Shown here in pieces: positions 24,688-38,867 of a stretch of 64,000 bases of DNA. The notes under the pieces are model-generated. The model made no database searches, was not told the DNA's origin, and saw nothing but the letters and a program-made list of their open reading frames with translations. The stretch is from the NCBI RefSeq assembly GCF_006345805.1, contig NC_043010.1, positions 53,072,001-53,136,000 on the forward strand. Reading direction: 5' to 3'. The DNA comes from Octopus sinensis (Eukaryota). The position numbers and the translations under genes were made by a program. The first letter of the stretch is position 1; each line of letters starts with the position of its first letter.

Positions 24688-25774
24688 GCATATAATTGTA
24701 TATGTATATATATATACATATATATGTATGTATATTTACATATATGCATAGGTTATCTACATACATATATATATGTATATATACATACATATATATACAT
24801 ATATATCTGTATGTGTATATTATATACATATATATAATATATGTATATAATATATTATATCATACATATGTATATGTGCATACATATATACACATATGCA
24901 TATATATATGTGAGTATGTGACTGTGTGTATGTATGTATGTATATATCTATATATCTATATCTATATATATATATACGTATATATATATATATATATTTA
25001 TATATACGCATACATACATACTTGCATTTATAATACCTCCATATAGAACAACTAGTGTACATAATACCCCCCCCTACTTCCTCTTCTATCTTCTCTATGG
25101 TGGTAATGTGTTTGGCGTTACCATCGTTACTAAAGCAGAGTTGGTTGAAAATAAAAGTCCAACCGGCCACCATATTATTATCAGAATCTAAGATTCAAAG
25201 AAATGGTTTACAACTCACATTCTATGTTGCTTAGATGATTTGTTGTTGTTGTTGGTGGTGGTGGTTGTGGTGGTGCTCTTCTTGTTGCTATTGTTGGTGT
25301 TGTTGCCTGCTTTACGTTTGGGGTATTATTTAGAGCTGGTGTTTGTGTTGGTGTTTTTTCCTGCTCTGGCGCGTACAATAGGCGTATAATTCTGTGTGAA
25401 AACATACTTGCATTCAAACAAATACAAACTCGTAGCTATACATATCATATGCATGCACACAATTGTATATATGTATATATATATATATGTATGCATGTAT
25501 GCATGTATGTATATATGTAAGTATATATATATATATATATACAGATAATGCATGTGCATATGCACGTATATAGACACAAACATATACATATATAGGTATA
25601 TGTATGTAAACTTGCGTATATATTTATTTATATGTCCAAGTATGTCTCTCTATACGCCTATTGGTTTACATGTATACATATATGCATTCATACATGCATA
25701 TATACATATATATCTGTTTCTTTCTGTTTATATATATCTATGTCTCTATCTATGTATGTGTATATGTGTGAATA

Positions 25775-25807
<33 letters not shown>

Positions 25808-25957
25808 CAAACATATATTAGTCTATACGATTGTATTTACAGACATATATATACGTATTTATATTCATGAATGTATATATACATATATATACATATATAT
25901 ATGCCTATGTATGCATGTATATATCTATATCTATATCTATCTGTCCATCTATCTATC

Positions 25958-26022
<65 letters not shown>

Positions 26023-26476
26023 GTCTGTCTATCTATCTATCGATATATGTATCCCAGTATCTGTCTATACATCTATGCACACATAAAAACATGCATGCTC
26101 GCAGAAACGCATACGTATAATGATGTATCGTGAGCAAATGAGAAAGATTTACTCAATACATGATCTAAAGGACATCTATACGTATAAATGCATTTGTATG
26201 AATATATATAGAATATATATACAAATATATGTATATACATACATACATATAAATATATACGTATATATATATATTTGTATATATGTATATAGATATACAT
26301 ATATATATGTAGATATATATATACACACGGATACAGACACTACACACAGCATACATACATACACATATAATAACTGCTTATAAATAATTATATATTATAA
26401 TATATATATATATATATGTATATATATTATATATACATATATATTATATATATATAGATATATATATATATAATAT

Positions 26477-26508
<32 letters not shown>

Positions 26509-26934
26509 CACATATGTATGTTGTATGTATGTAGGTATCTCTGTCTGTCTGTATGTATGTATGTATGTATACCTATGCTTTCGTATCTTATTGCTCTGAT
26601 CTTCAATATTTTTTCATCAACATTGAGTTCTTTGCGAATAACCTTTGCTGAAAGAAATTCTTTCCATTATATATACGAAAAATATTCGAATTATTACGTG
26701 TGTTTGTGTGTGTGTGTTTGTGCCAGTATGTATGTAAGTGTGAGCTTGTGTATGTGTGAGTGTGAGTGTGAGTGCATGTATATCCATATGTGCCTACATA
26801 TGAATGCATATACACGTATATATGTATGTATGTATATATATATATATATATATAAATATACATATATATATATATATATATACGTATATGTATATGTATA
26901 TACATATATATGCATATATATATGTATATATATG

Positions 26935-26965
<31 letters not shown>

Positions 26966-27330
26966 GTATATATATATATATGAATTCACACACACACACA
27001 TATATATATGCATATATATATATATATATATATATACAGTTCGAGATAGACAGACGGATGGATACATACATACACATATACATACATACATACATACAAA
27101 CCTACATACATATATAGATTTACAGATATGCAAATTTATATGAATACGCATGTGTCTATGTATGTATGTGTGTGTGTGCGAGGGATAGAGAGTGTATGTG
27201 AGAGAAACAAAGTGAGTGAATGTGCATCAGTCTTGCGTTTTAATCACTCTCTGTCTCTCTCTCTCTTTCTCTTTCTTTACATTTGTGCAGATATATATGT
27301 GTGTGTGTATGTCTGTCTCTGTGTGTCTGT
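24230..27330. repeat. Extended (TA)/(CA)/(TATC) low-complexity field
   Basis: Direct observation; short unique spacers are interspersed. Confidence 0.9.
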
Positions 27331-28465
27331 GTGTATAGCTATGCACGTCCTTCCTGTATACCCTTCATCAGTCTTACACTTGTACATCTCCAGTTCCATT
27401 TTAGTGAAAACATAGACGCATGTAATGACAGGGATGTTTTTATTCCATCTCTCTTCTTCATCTGTTTCTGCGTTATCTCTCTGTTTTGTCTCTCTCTCTC
27501 TCTTTTTCGTCCTCTCTCGCCCACTTTCTCTTCCTCTTAATCTATGTCTGCGTTATCGTTTCCCCTCTTGTCTTTCTTCTTTCTTCTTTCTGCCATTTTC
27601 GTTTGTCTTCTCTCTGTTTAGCTAACTCTATAATTAAATCTATACCATAGTTTCATGTAGATATCCCAATGGATACAAAACATCCTCCATGGAATTATAG
27701 CCGAGGTAGCAATGGGAAATGTAATTATAGACTTACGCACAAAAGTTAAAAAAAAAAACAATACCAAAATCCAAAGCAAAAAAAAAAAAAATGTAAAAGA
27801 AATAATAAATAAAAAAAAAAGAATTTTTAAACTACAACAAAAAAATAAAAAATGCAAATCTAACAGAACCAGGTCGTGGAATCATTCGATCGAAATTGAA
27901 CTTACTTCCTTCCGATATCATCCATCATGTGTTAATCAGCTCTGATCGAGTAGACACACGATTAAATGCTTTCCATTTTGGACATTTGGACATTCACGTC
28001 TTGTACGTCCGACTACATTGATAGGCACAGGTGTGGATGTGTGGTTAAGATACTTGCTTTGCAACCACGTGGTTTTGGGTTCAGCCCCACTGTGTGATAA
28101 CGTGGATGTGTCTACCATAACGCCGGCCGACAAATGCTCTGCGAGTAAATTTAATAGCGGAAACCTGTCATACTTGTGTGTGTGTGTGTGTGTGTGTGTG
28201 TAAGTTTGTGTTGTGTGTAGCTCTCAACTCATCAGGCTGATCAAATAAACGTATGAACAAGTTGGATACTTTGGATACTATTGGCGTTTTGCATTACCTA
28301 ACAACAGACTTCTTTCCACTGAGACATTCCGTGCTCTGATAATGAATTATTTAACTGTCTTGTTTTCCGTTATTCTCTTTAGCTCATTTCCGGCGTGTTT
28401 CAGTCTGATACGCCAATATCATTCATGAATATCCAGTAATAAATATATATATATATATATATATG

Positions 28466-28861
28466 CTAGCAGTATCGCCCGGCGTTGCTCGGGTTTGTAA
28501 GGGAAATAACTATAAAGCATTTTTAGAGAGTTATAGCCAAAAAATAGCAAACAAATGCATTAAAAATGGAAAAAATATGATGGTAATTTTTTTTTTAAAT
28601 CGTTGACTCGTCGTAGACATTTTTAGAGAGTTACTTCCCTTATATTAAAAAAAAAAAGCATTAAAATGGGAAACAATGATGGTAAATTATTTTTAAAATC
28701 GTAGACTCGTCGTAGACGCGCGCTAATACCCAGAAGGGCTCGATATGAATCACGACTATAAGATACCCGGTTTTAGTTAAACTGCACCGCAAAATGTGCT
28801 GAGTAGTTAGGAATCTAAATTGGAGTAGACAGACACACAATCTTACTTTTATATATAAAGA
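28466..28861 (-). mobile_element. Non-autonomous Helitron
   Basis: Minus strand: A|TCTTTATATATAAAAG ... CCCGAGCAACGCCGGG-CGATACTG-CTAG. Confidence 0.85.
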
Positions 28862-29478
28862 TATATATATAATATATATATATGTGTGTGTGTGTGTGTA
28901 TGAGAGGTATTAGTATCCAGAAGACCCAACATAACAGGTAACGCTATGTAAGTGCTATGGAAGGACCGTAGTTAAACTCTCCACCTTTTTCCTACACTGT
29001 TTGTTTACTGCTTCGTTCTAACTTTCTATTTATCCCCCCCCCCATCTCTAGAGCGACAGGACATTTCCATTCTCTTTTGTGTTGCCGCAAAACTCGTCTG
29101 TCTGGCAACCGCAGGGCTTTTTTGGAAGTGGGGTTGTATATGTATAGTTATCATAATTATTTTATTTTGTGTTTGTTTTCGTCACTGTCGTTTACACTTG
29201 TTAGCTATTCGGCAAAAGTGAACAATACCAACGATAAAACGCGCGAAATTGTGAGCACCTTTTCAACATTGACAGATGAGGATTTAGCGACGAATATTCC
29301 GTTATGTTTTTGTTAAATCTTTGAAGTATATTTATATCATAAAAAGAATTACACACACACACACACATATATATATGTGTGTGTGTGTGTGTGTGTTTAT
29401 GTGTGTGTGTGTGTGTGGTTTATGTGTGTGTGTGTAAATCTTTTTATTAGTGAATTAAAGCTATCATCGGTTTCATGT

Positions 29479-29711
29479 GTGGCGGTGAGCTGGCAGAATC
29501 GTTAGCACGCCGGGCGAAATGCATAGCGGTATTTCGTCTGCCGTTACGTTGTTAGTTCAAATTCCGCCGAGGTCGACTTTGCCTTTCATCCTTTCGGGGT
29601 CGATAAATTAAGTACCAGTTACGCACTGGAATCGGTGTAATCGACTTAATACCTATGTCTGTCCTTGTTTGTCCCCTCTGTGTTTAGCCCCTTGTGGGTA
29701 TTAAAGAAATA
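29479..29711 (+). mobile_element. SINE family A with 10-bp TSD
   Basis: GGTTTCATGT at 29469-29478 and 29712-29721. Confidence 0.95.
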
Positions 29712-29769
29712 GGTTTCATGTTAAGAAAAGTAGGATAATATCCTAGAGTCTTAATTTTTCAAGCCAATC

Positions 29770-31340
29770 ATATACAAGAATCATGCAAGAAAAAAAACCC
29801 CACCACTTATAATTCAATTTTGTGTACAAGCAAACACTTTTGTCACAAAGTTTAAAATAGAAGACAAAATAGAAAAGCTTATCGCACGAAATCTTTTTAT
29901 AACTGAAACATCATAAAAATAACTTCTCGCAAAATTCTAGCGGTAGGATTCCCAGAAAAGCGAAATAGAAATTATTAGTAACTCCATATTAGATAATATT
30001 ATACGACATATCAGAGCACACCCAATTCTTACTCAATGGATATTGAATGCAACTATTGAATGGTTTAAAAAAGTAGAAGATAAACCGAAAAGCAAATTTA
30101 TACAATTCGATATCGTAGAATTCTACCGTTCGATTTCCAAAAGCTTGCTTCAGAAGTCATTTCAATTTAGTTGAATTTAGTAAGGCATATGTGACTATAA
30201 CTAATACTGATGTAGAGACAATTATAAATGCAAGGAAGTCATTACTCTTTCATGATAATTAACATAACATAAATTTTAACACAAGAAAATTTAAACCCTA
30301 CATAGACATACGTTCCAACCAACCACCAGCAGTAATTAAGCAAATGCTTACCAACATTAGCTGGCGCGTCTCCAATTTATCCGCCGACAAAGACACTTTT
30401 GAAAACGCCGCCCCATATTATAATGCTATATTAGAAAGGTCCAACTTGATGAATAGCATATACTACATTGCACCAAATGTAAATAGACCAAGAAGATGCA
30501 GACAGAAGGAAATCTTGTGGTATAACCCATCTTATAACCGGAATGTAGCTACTAACATAGCTAGGAAACACTTTCCACGTTCACACAAATAACACAAGCT
30601 CTTCAATAGAAATACTGTTAGTTATCTATAGTTGCCTCCCCAATATAAGCTCAATAATACTCAATCACAATAAATATAAACACACCAGAAACATACCCAA
30701 AAGACAATGCAGCTGTAGATCCCCAAACTACTGCCCTCTAAACAGCAACTGTATCGAAAAAGAACTCGTATACAAGGGCAAGATTACCGACCCCAACGGA
30801 ATAGCCAAGATGTATATCGGAATGACTGGCAACTTTATAAAACATGCAATATCCTTGTCAAATATGATATGGATATTAAAAGAAGGTAGAATAAGCAGCC
30901 CCCAGATAGAATGGAAAATTAATGCTAAAGCCAAAAAATATAAAAGACGGGATACCAAGTATAAACTCTCTAGTATTGAAAAGTTAAACATAAAATCAAC
31001 AGAAAACATCCTAAACATTAGGGGTGCAACCTTCTCTCCCAGCATACACAAGCAATATTTTACACTCAAATATTTTAAAGGAAGAGCTACTTTCTGCAAC
31101 GGTAATCCCACCAGGATTACTGCTTTCCTAAGCGTGATATCTAAACGTACATAGCACACAAACTCCACATACTGAAGAAATATTCCTCAAAGACGAAGAA
31201 ATATTCCTCAGCAATCAAGTATAAGAACACCATTCCCAGAACACAAACAAAATAGTGCAATCAAGTTGACCACACAATTTGCCCAAAAGACATATCCAAG
31301 GGAGACAGACATAAAAAAGATTCCACTCGAGAGTAACGTC
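29770..31340 (+). pseudogene. Naiad-type Penelope-like retroelement, decayed RT plus GIY-YIG ORF
   Basis: KFIQFDIVEFYRSISK (RT motif, 30106-30126); ILWYNPSYNRNVATNI; linker C-x-C-x5-C-x5-C (CSCRSPNYCPLNSNC, 30708-30752); ELVYKG..MYIGMTG (GIY-YIG). Confidence 0.85.
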
Positions 31341-31410
31341 TCTTGATTCATTGTTCATTGTTTTATTCATTTGAATTCACGAGGATCTCCGCGAACTAAA
31401 CGGGGCTGTG

Positions 31411-31510
31411 NNNNNNNNNNNNNNNNNNNNNNNNNNNNNNNNNNNNNNNNNNNNNNNNNNNNNNNNNNNNNNNNNNNNNNNNNNNNNNNNNNNNNNNNNN
31501 NNNNNNNNNN
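31411..31510. other. Scaffold gap (100 N)
   Basis: Run of N. Confidence 1.
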
Positions 31511-31519
31511 GAGAGAAAA

Positions 31520-31553
31520 GGGGTTGTTGTATATATATATACATATATATATA

Positions 31554-31588
<35 letters not shown>

Positions 31589-32381
31589 GCTTGTGCGTGT
31601 GTGTGTATGTGTGTGTGTGTATGGCTGTATTTGTGTTTCAGTTTCAGCGCGTGTGTACAAGTGTACGTGTGTGTGTGTGTGTGTTTGTGTGAATGAACGA
31701 AGTACAGTGTAGCGAAAAAGATTAGGAAAGACTTGGAATAGCAGGAATGGCTTGTGGAATAGTAATACACACACACATACACACACATACACACACACAC
31801 ACGTACACACTCACACACATAGATGTACACGTACACACACAAACGTGAACACTTATAATTACATACATACATACATGCGTACATACATGTGCGTACATTT
31901 GTGCACATATATATATATATATAAGGTACATACATACATACATACATACATACTACATAAATACATACATACATACATATATACATACATACATACATTA
32001 CATACATACATACATACATCCTCATCATACATAAATAATACATACCATACATACATTATACATTCATACATACATCTACATACATACATACATACATTCA
32101 TACATACATACATACATACATACATACATACCTTCATACATTCATACATACATCCATACATACATACATACATACTACATACATTACATATATATATATG
32201 ACGATGATTATGATGATGATGATGCTAGATATGAGTACAGAGAATGCGATGGCGGTTACAGAGCAACGGAGAGCGGCTATAGAATACTTGAGTAGAAAGA
32301 ATGGGACAAAAATGAGGATACCAATTATATAATATACAAACCCATATATGTATAAATACACACAAATACACACACATGCAT

Positions 32382-32439
<58 letters not shown>

Positions 32440-33232
32440 CTACATGAATATGTCTGGAGATATGCGTATGCATACAAATATATAACTGAATGCATACATC
32501 TATCTATTTTAGATGTACCTATTAGTATATATGTGTCTCTAAGTATGTTTGGTTGTATATATAATATATATATGTTTGTATGTATGTAATATATGTGTGT
32601 ATATGTAAGTATACATATATATACGTGTACATATATATATCTATATATATATATATATGTATATATAAGATATGATATATATATGTATATATATATGTAT
32701 ATAATGTATATATCTATACATATTTATATATATAATATACATATATATATATATTTATACATATATATATATATATATATTTATAGGAGGCAGTAGACGA
32801 AAGAAGACTGTATGTGCGTGTTGAGAGGGCACCATAATGAGTTGGGTAGGAAGACAGCAGAAGGTTTTGGAGACGGTGAGAGGCAGAAAGAAAGGAGAGG
32901 TGCAGAATGATGGGGTGGGTGGGTTGGTGGGAGGGTGGAACAGAGCAGCGCGGGAGAAAAAAGAGAGACAGAGTGAAGAGGTACTGATTGGCTAATTAAC
33001 GTTATTCAACGGTCTTTCTTTAATTATCACAAAAGGATCGATACTGACACAGTGTAGATAAATGCATGTATGGACGTGGCTTCGTCTGTATGTATGTATG
33101 TATGTACGTGTGCTCCTATGTATGTATATGTACAATATCTGTGTGTGTGCTTATGTGTGTGTATATTTATACATGCGTATATGTATATGAACATAAATGC
33201 ATTCTCACATACACACATAATATATTATTTAC

Positions 33233-33269
<37 letters not shown>

Positions 33270-34370
33270 CATACATACATGCGTGTGTGTATGTATATAT
33301 GTATGTATATATGTATGTATTTGGAGCGAGTAGACATGCACTTATATGTATGTACATGTTCTATGTATAAATATGTGTATATATTTGAATAATGATATAT
33401 ACATACAGACATGCATACATACATACATATATATTATATATATATATATATAATATATTATATATATGGGGTGTGTATATATATATATGTGTGTATGTGT
33501 GTAAATATGTACATATATATAATTATATAGGACACATGTACACACCTAAAAACACACAAAGCCCACATACATATACATATGAAATTAATTAAGGATGTTT
33601 GTAAATGTGTATGTATGTATATACTATATGGTATATGTATATATATATGTATATTGAATACGTGTATAAGTATATATGTATGCATGTCTACGTGTATAAT
33701 ATATGTAGACATGCATATATATTAATATACATATATATATATACATGTATACTATATATATATATAATATATATATATATTACATATATATATATATACA
33801 TATATATATATACATAATATATATATATATAATATATATACATATATATATATATGTATATTATGTATTCATACATGTAATACGCACTAATAAGATATTG
33901 TTATGATTTCATCTACAAATTTATATTAAAACACATTTACCATTTATAATATTCGCACATACACGTACACACATTTACACACATATACACATTTTTTTCT
34001 TGTAATACGCATTCCCTTATATATGCAACTTCTGTATATTCCCGTATACACGCGATTCCGAACATACCTGCGTATACACATGCATATCCTTAATCATATT
34101 CTGTAGATACGTACATGTGTGTGTATGTGTTTGCGTATATACATGTATATACATATGTATATATATATATCTATATATATTATATATATATATATATATA
34201 CATATATACATATGTATATATGTAAACGCACACACACACCAATATATATATATAATATATATATATATATATTATATATATATTATAATATATATATATA
34301 TATATATTATATATCTTATATATATATATATTAATATATATATTCTTAAACTCACTTATAAAAACCTACG
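31520..34370. repeat. Extended (TA)/(TACA)/(TG) low-complexity field
   Basis: Direct observation. Confidence 0.9.
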
Positions 34371-34907
34371 TATCTTCATAAAGTAAGCTGCGTCTAGAGA
34401 CGCAATCTAGTCTCTTATACTTAAAGTCTTTTGTCTGTGTCATTGAAACGTTATCTTCGACAGAACGTGTTAGACTCGGTGTATTGTTATATCTCATAGC
34501 TAAATTTAAGGCCGTAACGAGGGTGAAATTATAGCAACTCGGACAGAATATCTTCCAGCCTTCAGTTATGTTTGATTAAGTGTCTTTGTTTAAATTCTAC
34601 CGCAGTCAACTGAGTTTCACATATTCTGTGTTGATATATATGTACCACTGAACAAGTTGCTATCTGTCTCTGTTTTTTTCTTTTCTCTCTAGCTCAGAAG
34701 ACGCGTAGAATTTTGCTTATGTGAAAAAAAATATTATTACTATCTCTTATTCGTTTACTAGTCACACTCTTTGTTTACTGCTAAATCTTGTTACAGCATT
34801 TTCGCCTTCGTATTCAAACCTATTGAAACGAAAATTTTAACTTTACCCAGTGGACAAGTCGCAACCTAGATTTTCAGTTCAGATCAATTATAAAATAGTG
34901 AGACTAA

Positions 34908-35289
34908 TCTCTCTATATATAAACGGCAGTTTGTCTGTGTGTGTTTCTGTGTGTCTGTTAGGTTGTACCCTCACCCTGACCACGGCTTTCAACCGATTCT
35001 GATGAAACTTGACACACACATAGCCCAATGTCATAATTCAAAACTAACGCAGCGAAATTTTTGAAAAGTTCCCCCAGTTCTGAAAAAAATCGATAAATTC
35101 GACATGGGGTCGAGAATCAGAAACACAAACCACAGACTGTCTAGGGGACGCAACTCGACCTTTTTAACTCTCAAAAAAAATTTACCATTTTTTTCTTCCA
35201 TTTTTGGCTATTTTTTGGCTATAACTCTCTAAAAATGCTTTATAGTTATTTCCCTTACAAACCCGAGCAACGCCGGGCGATACTGCTAG
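34908..35289 (+). mobile_element. Non-autonomous Helitron with a different 5' part and the same 3' end
   Basis: A|TCTCTCTATATATAAA ... hairpin-CTAG|T, a canonical A-T insertion site. Confidence 0.9.
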
Positions 35290-35329
35290 TGCTCAAATAA
35301 ATACGGTAAAATAAAAGTATAATAAACTG

Positions 35330-37000
35330 ACGTTTGTAAAAATATTAAGTCTGAGAATATGAAAATAGCATCTGTTTAACAGACAAATTTTAGCGGGCTT
35401 TGTATGTGAAACACAGAGGCTAAATTATTTTCTAGCCATCGTAGTCAAACTTTTCTTAAAGCTTATACAGAGTTTTGTTTCAGATTATTTGGATTTACTT
35501 AATCACATACCAATCACAGTGAGTCAAAATGCAATTATTTTGGGTTTTTGTTAATCTATTCACCAATATTTTCCATGTCTGTGAAACCAATGCCATGAAA
35601 TATTGTTTAGATGTATATACCAAGTCGAATTCACAGACAGCGTCGAAGAATCTTTATCTGTTTCTTTACTACCCACAAGGGGCTAAACATAGAAGGGACA
35701 AACGAGGACAGACAAACGGATTAAGTCGATTACATCGACCCCAGTGCCTAACTGGTACTTAATTTATCGACCCCGAAAGAATGAAAGGCAAAGTGGACCT
35801 CGGCGGAATTTGAACTCAGAACGTAACGGCAGACGAAATACGGCTACGCATTTCGCCCGGCATGCTAACGTTTCTGCCACTCACCGCCTAAGAAAATCTT
35901 TATCATTGAAGGTCTGACATTCATGCAACAAAATGATTATTTCTCATTCGATGATTTAACGTACAGTCAAATATCTGGGACGGCTTTGGGAACCAAAGTT
36001 TTCCCTATATATGCCAATCTAATAATGGGTTACCACGAGAAGAAAATTTACGAAGATTGTACTCATATATTTCGACACATTCTACTTGTATTTAAAAGAA
36101 AACTGGAAATTACATTCTTTTAACACCCTACAATCCTAAACAGACAAAAGTAAAAATTACCGTCAACTCAGCAAAAATGATTTGCACAATTGCGAAAAAC
36201 ATTACAATACATAAATAAAGATTGGAAGAACTTTAAAAAACACTAATTCAAACTGCGTTTCCACTCAATCTTATTGTAAATGGAATGGAAATGACAAAAC
36301 GTTTAGAACCCCATTAGTTAAAGGAAAAATAAAGACAAAGTAAAAAAAAAAATTGTTTTATCCTATGTCGCTACTTTAATCCAAGAAATAATGATATATT
36401 TTACAAAATAAAAAGCAACAGACCTAAACTGTTTGGAAAAACAATGAAATAATGATCAGAGAATCAACTTATCATCAAAAGTAAAAGACAACCGAAGACT
36501 TTGAAGAATATTCTAACTTCGGCGAAGATTTTCAAACAAGCGCCTAATCTCATGGTCACCAAATGTAGTAGAACAAACTGTAGTACATATCTGTACTTAA
36601 GTGAAGACTCGAGATTCATATTTAAGGGCAGACAAATCTTCAGCATAAAAGAAAATTTCACTTGCAACTCCCAAAATTTAATTAATGTTATAATATGCTT
36701 TGGATGCTTGCAAAATCTACATCGGACACATGAGATTATCCTTTCGAAGAAGATTGACAGTGCATAAGCTACAGAGGAATAACGAAACAAAAACGGAAAA
36801 AAGAAAAATTAAATAATAACATGATAATACCTGTTAAGTGGACAAATAGCAATGTGCCGCGAGAGGGAACCGCTGAATCCTAAAATATTTCCATTTTACA
36901 AATACTTGGAGCTAACCACAGAAAATCAAAGATTGGATAAAGAAAGACTATTTATTAAGGAATATAAGGCACGCTTGCATAGTTGACAAACGATTTCTTT
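35330..37000 (+). pseudogene. Neptune-type Penelope-like retroelement, decayed RT plus GIY-YIG, interrupted by a SINE
   Basis: ILAGFVCETQRL; SFVSDYLDLLNHIP; VNLFTNIFH; DYFSFDDLTYSQISGTALGTKVFPIYANLIMG; IIKSKRQPKTLKNILT; KCSRTNCST; FTCNSQNLINVIIC; IFPFYK..RLDKERLFIKEYK. Confidence 0.85.
35659..35894 (-). mobile_element. SINE family A with 10-bp TSD, inserted in the Penelope RT
   Basis: AATCTTTATC at 35649-35658 and 35895-35904. Confidence 0.95.
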
Positions 37001-37293
37001 GACTTAATAGTAATTCCGATACACTTGCAGGGATGAGTAAGCTCATCTTCACGTACTACTTGGATGTATACAATATATGTGTGTGTGTGTGTGTGCGTGC
37101 GTGTGCTTTTGTATATCTTTTACTAAAAATGCCAATGTACGCACTTAAATATTTATGTCAAGCCCGAAAACAAAGTCCGGTTACCCACTCATTGCATAAA
37201 ATGTAGTAATTTATCTATCTACGTATCTATGTGATTCCTGCAATATCTGGCTGTCTCTTTGGGGCAGTCTTTTGTTCAAACATTGTTATATAC

Positions 37294-37355
<62 letters not shown>

Positions 37356-37530
37356 TTACATATGTATATATATATATATATTTATGTGTGCGTATGTGTG
37401 TGTGTGTGTATGTAAGCAAAAGTGAGTAAAAAGCACAGTAATATTAACATAATTATTGTGATCTTTTTGGACAAATTACAAATTAAAAAGTGAGTGTAAT
37501 ATTTATTTATGAGTGTAATATATATATAGG

Positions 37531-37600
37531 TACAGGGGGTGGATAAATTAATTGGAACAGTAGAAATTTAACTCCAATATTTATATGAGTCATTATAATA
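37531..37600 (+). mobile_element. Isolated Tc1-like terminus
   Basis: TA-CAGGGGGTGGATAAATTAATTGGAACA resembles Tc1 TIRs; no partner end found. Confidence 0.35.
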
Positions 37601-37609
37601 CGAATATCC

Positions 37610-38340
37610 ATCCAAATTTCATTGTTTGTCTTTACTTTCTGAGCTCAAAGTCCTCCGAAATCGACTTCCTGAGTCGATAAAATAACTACCAGTTAAGCAT
37701 TGCAGTCGATGGAATCGACTAGTCCACTCCTTTGAATAATTTCAGCCCATGTGTTTGTAGTAGAAGTAGAGAGGATGATTTCTAAGGCAGCGAACTGGCA
37801 GAAACGTCTGCACGCCGGGCGAAATGCGTAGCCGTATTTCGTCTGCCGTTACTTTCTGAGTTCAAGTTCCGCCGAGGTTGATTTTTGCCTTTCATCCTTT
37901 CGGGTCGATAAATTGAGTACCAGTTACGCACTGGGGTCGATGTAATCGACTTAACCCGTTTGTCTGTCCTTGTTTGTCCTATCTGTGTTTAGCCCCTTGT
38001 GGGTAGTAAAGAAATAGGTATTTCGTCTATCTTTACGTTCTGAGATCAAGTTCCGCTGATATCGACTATACCTTTCATCCTTTCGGAGTCGATAAATTAA
38101 GTACCAGTTGCGTACTGGGGTCGATCTCATCGACTGTCCCCCCCACCCAAAAAAAATTTCGGGTCTTGCCCCTAGAGTAGAAAAAAGCAGATAGAAAATG
38201 CTTAGCCGTATTTCATCAGTTTTAACTGAACTCATATTCCACCGAGGTTCAATTTTCTTTCATATTTTCGCCTTTGCTAAAATAAGTACTAGTCAAATGA
38301 TATTAAAATAAGTACCAATCAAATCTAATCGATTTCCTCC
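37610..38340 (+). mobile_element. Cluster of family A-type SINEs, including a dimer at 37784-38190
   Basis: Repeated CCTTTCATCCTTTCGG..TCGATAAA..AGTACCAG cores. Confidence 0.8.
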
Positions 38341-38546
38341 TCCCTTCAAAAATCTGCTGGTCCTGAGCGAAAATTTGAAACTATTGTAGTAGTACGTCGT
38401 ATTACTTAAAGGATATTTAATATAAGGAAGATGATTATTGTTCCATAACATTTGGTTGGATTAGAAGTTTAAATTTGAAATTAAAGAACAAAGAGATTCG
38501 TAGTGAAACGTATTTAATTTAATTAATTTTTTTGTGGCTTACTTAC

Positions 38547-38663
38547 CAGGAAGTTCTTAAAAATTTCTAGTTTGTGGCAATCACTGAGAATAAAACTCCT
38601 CTTTGAATTCTTTCGAAATGTTACATACAGCTGCCAAACCTTGCTCGATTGCAACACTATCGC
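38547..38663 (-). CDS. Candidate internal exon, 117 nt, phase 0-0 (AIVLQSSKVWQLYVTFRKNSKRSFILSDCHKLEIFKNFL), product unknown
   Basis: Acceptor CTTGTCCTTTTCTAAG (A at -3 is weak), donor CTG|GTAAGT, open frame in non-repeat sequence. Confidence 0.25.
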
Positions 38664-38867
38664 CTTAGAAAAGGACAAGTATGTGGTGCTGAGTTTTATA
38701 CACATAGGAAACAGCTGGGATATTCACGGTTGGAACGACTTTGATTATAAGTCTGCTCCAATCGGGTTAACCCTGAGTTAAACATACCAACACTAAAGGC
38801 ACTCCTCCAGTATTGCCACAGCAAAATTAAAGTGATTTAATATTTTACCGTATTTTTAATTATTTAA

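Noticed and set aside
31172-31211. CTGAAGA after the Naiad ORF as a hammerhead
   Set aside because: Followed by a 16-bp duplication with no GAAA-helix III-NUH.
24230-34386. Many ORFs of YIYI/THTH/CVCV type here and throughout the window
   Set aside because: Translations of dinucleotide and tetranucleotide microsatellites; no coding signal.
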